Positions 56,666 through 64,000 of a stretch of 64,000 nucleotides of DNA are shown here, piece by piece. The notes under the pieces are model-generated. The model was not told the origin of the DNA. It saw only the letters and a list, made by a program, of their open reading frames with translations, and did not search any database. Position numbers and translations under genes: made by a program. Position 1 is the first letter of the stretch. Each line of letters starts with the position of its first letter. Origin of the DNA: an uncultured Nitrososphaerales archaeon (GTDB taxonomy: Archaea; Thermoproteota; Nitrososphaeria; Nitrososphaerales; Nitrososphaeraceae); the NCBI GenBank assembly GCA_963709405.1, contig CAVPXM010000030.1:96001-160000 (forward strand). The letters are read 5' to 3'.

Positions 56666-57004
56666 TTAACCCCTCATGAAACCTAGCACGAAGCCAGCTG
56701 TTAGGCTACCAGTTAGAGGTATGCCAATGCTTGACATGGTTGAGGCAATATTTTCGTGGGTTCCAGGTATCTGCCCACTGGTAACATTACCTAATGCACC
56801 CGAGAGACCCGTCTGAATTTTATTCCAGTTTACAGTAATCAACTTCTGATATTCCAAGGAAATGACTGCAACAAATAGCAAACCAATTATAACTAGCATA
56901 ATTTTCATAACCTTTTTGATAGCATAGCCTATCAAAAAACCAGTAATTCCACCGAATCCTATAGATGTCGCAGTAGAAGCAAATGGAGAAAAGTCAATAC
57001 TCAT
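56666..57004 (-). CDS. FUN14-family membrane protein
   Basis: GGITGFLIGYAIKKV...ITVNW...GFVLG. Confidence 0.85.
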   Translation of the reverse strand: MSIDFSPFASTATSIGFGGITGFLIGYAIKKVMKIMLVIIGLLFVAVISLEYQKLITVNWNKIQTGLSGALGNVTSGQIPGTHENIASTMSSIGIPLTGSLTAGFVLGFMRG

Positions 57005-57399
57005 TTATACGCAATGTATTTCAAAATTCAATTTATAGTGCATGCGATTATTTTTTATATAATCATCATTGAGGAGATTCTATTCGGCAATTCTGCCAGT
57101 ACACTTGCTTGTATTAAAGCAGCAGTACAGAAATACGAGCATCTTCTCAGAAAAGACTGCGTGGGAAGGGATGGTGGATATGAGCTATAATCAGGACTGT
57201 TCGCGTCAAGCAAACGTCCTATCATCCCGACCTGAAAAACACAATCCGATCATATTCATTGCCACGAAATGGGCAGAAACTGCTGCAAAATTGGCAGGTA
57301 CGCCGGTCTTGATAAAATTGGGCAAGCATCCTTCAAGATGGCTTAGCCTTCAAAAACCTCCATCTAATATCATCATCCCATCGTAATTTGTATAATAGA

Positions 57400-57846
57400 T
57401 TAATGAAGTTTAGTTTCCTTCACTAGACCCCTTAGATGTGCCAAAGATCTCACCTGGCCTCCATTCACTTTCTTGTAAAGCATCCAGAACATCTCTCTGT
57501 TTATATCATTTCTATCTTTTAAAACCTTTAAATGATATCTCATTGACCTTACTTTATGTATATATATCTCCTTCTTGCCTGCTCTTGCGGATTTCTTTCC
57601 TTTCTTAGAACCTGGGCCTGTCCCGTGTTTTTTTCGAATCGTATGTTTCGCTTTTGCCCTAGACCGAGATGTACCAGCAGGTTTGCCGGTCCAAATTACT
57701 CCCTTCTTAATCAAACTCCTAATGTTTTCTCTTGTAATTGAATCAGCCACGTCGTCAAGTTTGTCGGGTTCAAACCTGACTCTGTTTATTCCTACGCCAA
57801 GAATCCTAGCTGCTAGCTCCCTCTTTTTCCTTATATTAATTACCAT
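57400..57846 (-). CDS. rpl19e: 50S ribosomal protein L19e
   Basis: LAARILGVG, ITRENIRSLI, GPGSKKG. Confidence 0.96.
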   Translation of the reverse strand: MVINIRKKRELAARILGVGINRVRFEPDKLDDVADSITRENIRSLIKKGVIWTGKPAGTSRSRAKAKHTIRKKHGTGPGSKKGKKSARAGKKEIYIHKVRSMRYHLKVLKDRNDINREMFWMLYKKVNGGQVRSLAHLRGLVKETKLH

Positions 57847-57851
57847 GAGTT

Positions 57852-58295
57852 CTACCCTTTAGCCTTATTTGTTTCCGTAGTCTTATTTTTTCCTTCAGTT
57901 TTTTCTTTTTGAGACAATTTTCCTGCATTTAGAATCTTGATGCCCAGTTCTGTTGCCTTTGAGATGATCTCGATTCTCTTACGTTTTCCTACCGCATGTG
58001 CCAATCTTGCTGCATCTTTCTTAGCATCTAATTGTGCCAAGTCATTAATGTTGAACACCAGATTATCTGTGTATCCAGACGGATGTAGGCCCCGGCTCTC
58101 CTTAGGGCCCCTATAACCCACCTTCACAAGGCGTGGTACACCTGACACCTGGCGTCTCATCTTGTTATCTTTGCCCTTAGGCTTTCGCCAGTTCTCTGAT
58201 AATCTATCATATCTCCAACTCTCTTGTCTAACAAATTTAGGCCTCGAATCAGAGACTTTTTTTCGTGCCTTAAGCAGTTCAGTGTTAATTACCAT
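57852..58295 (-). CDS. rpl32e: 50S ribosomal protein L32e
   Basis: RPKFVRQE, WRKPKG.DNK, RGLHPSG. Confidence 0.96.
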   Translation of the reverse strand: MVINTELLKARKKVSDSRPKFVRQESWRYDRLSENWRKPKGKDNKMRRQVSGVPRLVKVGYRGPKESRGLHPSGYTDNLVFNINDLAQLDAKKDAARLAHAVGKRKRIEIISKATELGIKILNAGKLSQKEKTEGKNKTTETNKAKG

Positions 58296-58767
58296 AACAA
58301 ACACACAAGTGGTATGAAGAGTCAATTTTTAAATAAATACGTTTCTACCTTCGCTTTAATAACTACATGACATAAGCTCATTCATGTAAAGTATACATTA
58401 CCGATGTTCAGATTCACTTCCATAACCTGAAAGTAAATAAGAAGCAAAATAGATTCCATTTGTATTCTGGCCAATAACAAAATTCAAATCCGAGACAACT
58501 ACCTTTTTTTAGCGCTATGGAGGTCTGACGCACTTGAATATGATGAATCCGGCACTATTGAATTATAACCAAGTGCTAATGCGGATTAGCTCCGACGGAT
58601 TCGCATTACGTTAGACAAGACTTGACAAACGTGGTAAATGAGCTGGAATCATTGCTAATTAATAATTAAGTAATGATGGACATTTGCTACGTCAGAGAAT
58701 AGTCACACTAGTAAAGTATAACTCATACCATCTACTTACCATAAACTTTGCGATAGAGTCGATCAGT

Positions 58768-59169
58768 TCAGCTTTTTCCCTTATAATTGGCTGTGATCAA
58801 ATCTTGCACGTCTTTAGTTATGTCTATTACGGTGTGAGAATCTACATTTGGTTCGATAGATAGTAGTAGGGTAAATTTTTCCATATAGAATGTGAGCATC
58901 GAAATCTTCTCGCGCTCTACGTATGCAAACCTGGCTCTACCCATGGACTTATCAAATCTCTGTCTCATAGATTTTCTAAGGGCAGTTTGGACCAAATACA
59001 ATTCGTCATTATCCTGTGCCGTTATGGAATCAATTCCTTTACGCATACCACCTGCAATCAGAGATCCAAAATCATCAATAATTCCTGCGTATCTAATATC
59101 ATCATGTAAGGCAAATACTTGTTGACACAATTCCTCAAAATTCAATACTGCTATTAGTGAAAAATTCAC
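58768..59169 (-). CDS. thaumarchaeal profilin/roadblock-like small protein
   Basis: IRYAGIID..G.LIAGG.R.G...YVEREK pattern. Confidence 0.7.
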   Translation of the reverse strand: MNFSLIAVLNFEELCQQVFALHDDIRYAGIIDDFGSLIAGGMRKGIDSITAQDNDELYLVQTALRKSMRQRFDKSMGRARFAYVEREKISMLTFYMEKFTLLLSIEPNVDSHTVIDITKDVQDLITANYKGKS

Positions 59170-59483
59170 GTGTATATATATGTGCAGATTCGCTCGATTT
59201 TTAGTTAATTATTGTATTATTAGAGAGACAAAACGGTTGAAGAAAACTGGCAAGATTCGATATGCCTCTTTATTGAGGGGATCTTTGAAAGTAAAATCCT
59301 TGCAACTTTCTAGACTTGGAGGGTTTACTCTTCTGCCTAGCTAAATCAAAATCTGTACAATTTCTTGCCAGCAGGGAAAACTGATTTTTTTCAAACCAAA
59401 CAAAAAACACGTAAATTCGTTCCAGATCGATAGCGTCGGTCAACCCATCTCTATAGTTGAAGAAAGCAAGCATCAGTTGTCTG

Positions 59484-60059
59484 TTAATAGTCTATGCCTA
59501 TCTTCGCTTTCACTCCCGATCGGTAAGGATGTTTAACCTCCTTCATTTCAGTCACTAGATCAGCCATATCAATAATTTCCGGAAGTGCGTAGTTGCCTGT
59601 AAGCACAAGCGTTGTTTCACTGGGAACCGACTCCACTATACTTATTATGTCTTCCTTTGTTATTAAACTGAGCTTTACAGCATAGTTAATTTCATCTAGG
59701 ATAATTACATTATATTCCCGTGAGGCTATTTTGTTTTTGGCGAGTGAAACAGCATTTTTAGCTGCAGTTTCATGTTCTTTAAATGAGTGATCGTCGTCCA
59801 GGATCCCTACGAATCCCTTGCCAGCTGCTATCATTTCAAATTCAGGTTCTAATCTTTTTGAGCTAGTGAGCTCGCCATAGTACCATTCCCCCTTAATGAA
59901 TTGAATCATTCCGACCTTATGGCCATGTCCTACTGATCGCAATGCAATTCCCAGTGCCGCCGTAGTTTTACCCTTGCCATTTCCTGTATACACAACTATT
60001 AGCCCTCTATTACTGGACCTGTTACCAGTTAGCATTAAGAATAAATTCAGTAAATTCAA
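59484..60059 (-). CDS. cobO: cob(I)alamin adenosyltransferase (CobO/BtuR)
   Basis: YTGNGKGKTTAA, IQFIKG, ILDEI, ADLVTEM..KHPY. Confidence 0.95.
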   Translation of the reverse strand: MNLLNLFLMLTGNRSSNRGLIVVYTGNGKGKTTAALGIALRSVGHGHKVGMIQFIKGEWYYGELTSSKRLEPEFEMIAAGKGFVGILDDDHSFKEHETAAKNAVSLAKNKIASREYNVIILDEINYAVKLSLITKEDIISIVESVPSETTLVLTGNYALPEIIDMADLVTEMKEVKHPYRSGVKAKIGIDY

Positions 60060-60284
60060 CTTATATAAAAACTGAGCCTTGGTTTAATCCACTATAGTTG
60101 AAGGCGGTTCTTTATAGATAAGGCTGTACCAAGCAAAAGTTCCAACATCACCTCATGATTATTGATTTTTTTGCTATTTTCTTGTATTGTCTTACGCTTG
60201 AGATGGAATTATGAGATGAAAAAACTGAAAATTTGTATTGATGGTAACGTTAAAGTATGCGAATTGTTCGGTTTACCTTTATAA

Positions 60285-61094
60285 ATGGTTACTGCCGAAA
60301 TACGACAACTTCCTGAAGATGGTGACATTGTCATTGTAACTGTTAAACAAGTTACTGGGCATGGTGCCTATGTTAGTTTAGACGAATATAAAGGAATGAC
60401 TGGGTTTCTTCACATCTCGGAAATCGCGACTGGTTGGATTCGAAATATTGAACGTTATGTAAAACCTAAACAAAAGTCGGTTCTGAAGGTAATCAGAGTA
60501 GATAAAGCAAGAGCTGAAGTTGATCTTTCACTCAAACAGGTATCTGGGGAGGAAAGAAAATCTAAAGTGATCGAAGTAAAGAAGAGTGAGAAAGCGTCGG
60601 CATTTATGGAGATTATTAGATCCAAGACTAACCTCACAGATACACAGATGAAGGAACTTGAAGATAAGATATTACAAAAATATGATTATGTATATGATCT
60701 TTTCGAAGCCACGGCTAGAAAGGGAATGGAACCTATTCAGAATCTAGGCCTTTCAGACGAGATTGCGAAGGCAATTGAAGAGGAAAGCAAGAAGATACAG
60801 ATACCACATGTCGAAATAAGAGGCATCTTTGAGATTTCAATTAAGAAGCCAGATGGAATTGAGATTATTAAATCCACATTATCATCTGTAGAGAGTAGTA
60901 AGAACAATTCGAATGTCGCTATTTCATACGTTGCTGCTCCTAGGTACAGAGTCGTGATCACCACAGAGAATTTCAAGATGGCCGAAAAAATAATGAATAA
61001 CGTAGTGGAAAAAGTTCGGTCATCAATAATTAAACACCACGGCGCATTTAATTTTATTCGATTGGAATCTAAAAAAACACATTCTTCCGGATAG
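60285..61094 (+). CDS. eif2a: translation initiation factor aIF-2 alpha
   Basis: S1 domain GAYVSLDEY, HISEIATGWIRNI, DLSLK, APRY. Confidence 0.96.
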   Translation: MVTAEIRQLPEDGDIVIVTVKQVTGHGAYVSLDEYKGMTGFLHISEIATGWIRNIERYVKPKQKSVLKVIRVDKARAEVDLSLKQVSGEERKSKVIEVKKSEKASAFMEIIRSKTNLTDTQMKELEDKILQKYDYVYDLFEATARKGMEPIQNLGLSDEIAKAIEEESKKIQIPHVEIRGIFEISIKKPDGIEIIKSTLSSVESSKNNSNVAISYVAAPRYRVVITTENFKMAEKIMNNVVEKVRSSIIKHHGAFNFIRLESKKTHSSG

Positions 61095-61104
61095 GTGGTT
61101 CGGT

Positions 61105-61269
61105 ATGAGACATCTTTTAAGAAGGTGCCCGTCGTGTGGGACTTATACTTTGAAGTACGAATGTCCAAAGTGTAGTTCATCAACTGTCTCTCCTCATCCG
61201 GCAAAATATTCTCCCGACGACAGGTATGCTAGATACAGGATTCAGGATGCACATCTAGATCACGACTGA
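61105..61269 (+). CDS. nop10: H/ACA RNP protein Nop10 (below the ORF-track cutoff)
   Basis: MRHLLRRCPSCGTYTLKYECPKC...HPAKYSPDDRYARYR, directly after aIF-2 alpha. Confidence 0.93.
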   Translation: MRHLLRRCPSCGTYTLKYECPKCSSSTVSPHPAKYSPDDRYARYRIQDAHLDHD

Positions 61270-61470
61270 CCTAGATGTTGTCTACCATTAGTTAGTTAGC
61301 TATCATTAATCAATGCAAGGATGCGTAAGCAAGTACAATTGTGTAAGAAATTACAAATTTCCAAATGCGGAGGTATTCAATCAGATTAGATTAGATCCAT
61401 GTTGAAAAATATCTTCCCATCCCATTATGGAGAAGAATTATGATGGCATCACTGATAATTTATTCGCACA

Positions 61471-62001
61471 TTATCTCTTGGTTGCATTAATGATATTATG
61501 AGATGCAAACCTTGTCGCATTAGTATTTTGTAATTTTTGTATTACAGACTTCATACCAGCCGTATTATTCATACCAGCATTCATACCAGCAGCCGTATTA
61601 TTCATACCAGCATTCATACCAGCAGCCGTATTATTCATACCAGCATTATTCATACCAGCATTCATACCAGCATTCATACCAGCATTCATACCAGCAGCCG
61701 TATTATTCATCACTTTTGGGAGATTAGAGATAAATTGTTTTGCGGCATAACCGGTTGCATTCGTATTTCGGCTCTGCTCAATGATCGATTGCATGAGTGA
61801 TTTTGGGGACATAAACGATTCTACCGCGCTTTGTGCAGATTGATTACTAGCATTACCTTTAGTAGAGTTGTTTGGCTGTTGTGCTCTTGCTGGCTGAGAT
61901 AGAATCTCGTGATCTATGATGACTATTGATGCCGCCAGTATTGTTAAAATGGTCATGGCGGATAATAATTGATAACTTATCAGTTGCTTACTTTTCATCA
62001 T
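61471..62001 (-). CDS. secreted Met/Asn-rich repeat protein
   Basis: Signal-like N-terminus, nine AGMN units plus one AGMK. Confidence 0.75.
   Translation of the reverse strand: MMKSKQLISYQLLSAMTILTILAASIVIIDHEILSQPARAQQPNNSTKGNASNQSAQSAVESFMSPKSLMQSIIEQSRNTNATGYAAKQFISNLPKVMNNTAAGMNAGMNAGMNAGMNNAGMNNTAAGMNAGMNNTAAGMNAGMNNTAGMKSVIQKLQNTNATRFASHNIINATKR
61551..61710. repeat. coding tandem repeat, 12-bp unit cattcataccag with longer variants
   Basis: Directly visible; encodes AGMN / AGMNNTA. Confidence 0.95.
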
Positions 62002-62235
62002 GTGAAAGAGAATTAGTATTTAATTTATTTATTTCTATCTTCTATTCTAGGTAAAAGTACACTTACAAATGTAATAGAACACGACTAAAGGAATGGAATT
62101 GACGTGTTGGCGAATATTAAATTCAATAATATGCGAATCCTTAGAAAATATTATGTTATATCTGTCAGTATTGAATTGACTTAATAAAAAAGAGAATGGG
62201 TCATAAGGTGTGCAGTTACTTACTTCTAATTCATT

Positions 62236-63036
62236 TTATCTTCCAATGCAGATGCCGCTTGGGTTGCTTGTCCTACAATTGTTTTCAGTAAAGCTGTTGG
62301 CGTTAATGTTTGCTCCTAATCCATTTGCGTTATTCATGTCAATTGCGTTATTCAATACGTCGTTCGTCTTTACCACATTATTCGAAGTCTGCGCATCTAA
62401 GAATATACCATTTTGGCTTCCTGCCACGTTGTTGAACACCAGTTGAGAATTATGTGTATTGACTAATGTTATTCCTGCGAGTGTGTTACCGGTGAATATA
62501 TTTGATTCTATGTCAGCGCCACTACTAGAGTGAGTTGCAAATCCTAGGTTATTCTGGATGAACAAGTTGTGCGTCAATTGTGCGTTATCCGCTCCAGTCA
62601 TAAATACTCCTATTTGATTAGCTAATAATGTTACCGCGGGGCCGACAGACAAGTGGTTAGCTCCGGTTACCAAAATACCAGCTTGGAAGTTATTTATTGT
62701 TCCTGGGCCTCTTACTACTACATTATCATTATTGGGTATCATGATTCCCACTTTGGAGCTCTCTGTTCCTTTAGGAGAAGAATTTTTAATGCTGTATCCA
62801 TTTAAGTTTATGACTGTGTTGTCGCTTCCTACAATTATACCGTCTCCATCGCAAACTAGACTCGATGTTAGGTTTACAACTCCCCTAACAACTTCTCCAC
62901 AAACGGGATTAGTTACAGTGGCTGTTGGTGCTGGTTGTGCTTGTGCCATTTGAGGTAATGGTTGTAACATTAGTCCTCCTATAGCTGCCAATGACACTAT
63001 TGTTGCTACCATGTATGACATTATAGTTCGTTTCAT
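62236..63036 (-). CDS. secreted right-handed beta-helix (NosD/pectin-lyase-like) protein
   Basis: Signal peptide, GI.L...N...N parallel beta-helix repeats, paired Cys. Confidence 0.8.
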   Translation of the reverse strand: MKRTIMSYMVATIVSLAAIGGLMLQPLPQMAQAQPAPTATVTNPVCGEVVRGVVNLTSSLVCDGDGIIVGSDNTVINLNGYSIKNSSPKGTESSKVGIMIPNNDNVVVRGPGTINNFQAGILVTGANHLSVGPAVTLLANQIGVFMTGADNAQLTHNLFIQNNLGFATHSSSGADIESNIFTGNTLAGITLVNTHNSQLVFNNVAGSQNGIFLDAQTSNNVVKTNDVLNNAIDMNNANGLGANINANSFTENNCRTSNPSGICIGR

Positions 63037-63433
63037 TCAGAAGAAGGCTAGAAAATAAGGTATTTATGTGAAACTATTATTTGTACTAAATTTCAGATTC
63101 GTGCCTATTCAACATAAGTATGTAATTGCGTTATTGATCGAAAGTAAGTATTGGTACAAGTAATCATTCTACTGTAACTAACTTGTACAACATAATTCTA
63201 CATGCTGTTTCTCAATCGATCAGACGTATACTGGGACTTCGACTCTGGTTTCATCTAATCAAAATCTAGATTAAATCCATTGTTAATACTTGTTTACGAT
63301 AATAAGAACTAGAATTTACTATTGACAACAATACTGTTCAAAATGGTATTAAGAATATTGCTGACACTAGAGTTAATAGCTGTTCACTTGTGATAAGAAT
63401 TATAAGTTATTCGTTGTAAACAGTGAGATTACG

Positions 63434-64000
63434 ATGAAGATAGCCATTGCCGGCGCAGGGGTGGCTGGTAGCTATCTGGGTTGCCTGCTTAATAGGATGG
63501 GCCATGATGTAAATATATTTGAAGCAAGCAAAAAGGAAAATCATTGGCCGGTATGTGCATGGGGAGCATCTTATCACATGCTTTCAGGTTTTTCAGCAAA
63601 GGTGGGTCTGAATTTTGATAACTATGTGCTTCATGTCGGAAAAGTTCTGAGAATGGATCTTCCGAACAACACAACAGAATCTCTTGATTTGAGAGGGCTC
63701 GTCACGTATGACAAACATAGATGGGAAGAAGACATGCTAAGTGGTATCAAAATTGAATATGGAACGACATGTATGCCAAATTCTTTTCCATATTTTAAAT
63801 ACGATCTCGTGGCCGACTGCACAGGTTTGCATCGTACTATGCTCCCAAAATCCAAGGAGGATTTCATCATACCTGCTTACGAGTTTCTTGTCGAAAATAT
63901 CCAGGGATTAGATGAATTTTATGTGATAGGCTACAAGGGAGCAAGAGGCTACTTCTGGTATTTCCCACTAGATCAAGAAAAGGCATACGTAGGAGCGGGC
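63434..64000 (+). CDS. FAD-dependent oxidoreductase, geranylgeranyl-reductase-like (runs off the window)
   Basis: MKIAIAGAGVAGSYL, PVCAWG, VADCTG, GYFWYFP. Confidence 0.85.
   Translation, partial: MKIAIAGAGVAGSYLGCLLNRMGHDVNIFEASKKENHWPVCAWGASYHMLSGFSAKVGLNFDNYVLHVGKVLRMDLPNNTTESLDLRGLVTYDKHRWEEDMLSGIKIEYGTTCMPNSFPYFKYDLVADCTGLHRTMLPKSKEDFIIPAYEFLVENIQGLDEFYVIGYKGARGYFWYFPLDQEKAYVGAG

Noticed and set aside
57069-57386. 105-aa plus-strand ORF
   Set aside because: No motif, weak TTG start; cannot be supported
59270-59473. Small ORF after cobO, considered as SecG/Sec61-beta
   Set aside because: No SecG motif in the frames I checked
61551-61710. Possible CRISPR array
   Set aside because: 12-bp coding tandem repeat with no unique spacers and no cas genes in the window

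Overview
AT-rich chromosomal window from an ammonia-oxidising archaeon, most likely soil Nitrososphaeraceae (Thaumarchaeota), inferred from gene content. The first ~17.5 kb is accessory and decayed. It holds a P-II gene, a TIP/AQP8-like aquaporin, a bacterial-type sulfatase plus formylglycine-generating-enzyme pair, many gene fragments, iteron-like repeat arrays, an intron-containing tRNA-Phe and IS630/IS481/IS5 elements. The rest is mostly core genome: a cdvB-like ESCRT-III gene, XPF, the exosome superoperon, amt, rpoD-L18e-L13-S9, HtrA, cbf5, tRNA-Ser, cobT, nnrE, signal peptidase, hjc, hsp20, L32e/L19e, cobO, aIF2-alpha and nop10. Secreted proteins (PQQ beta-propeller, cupredoxin, NosD-like, Met-rich repeat protein) are interspersed. 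The best leads are (1) a winged-helix + ATP-cone + class III RNR-fold protein that appears catalytically dead and may be a nucleotide-sensing regulator, (2) an aquaporin with an ammonia-channel-like filter, (3) a Met-rich secreted repeat protein beside a NosD-like gene, and (4) HTH or replication-like genes each paired with a short periodic repeat array. Many single-base frameshifts may be sequencing errors. All calls are by eye; no database searches were run.
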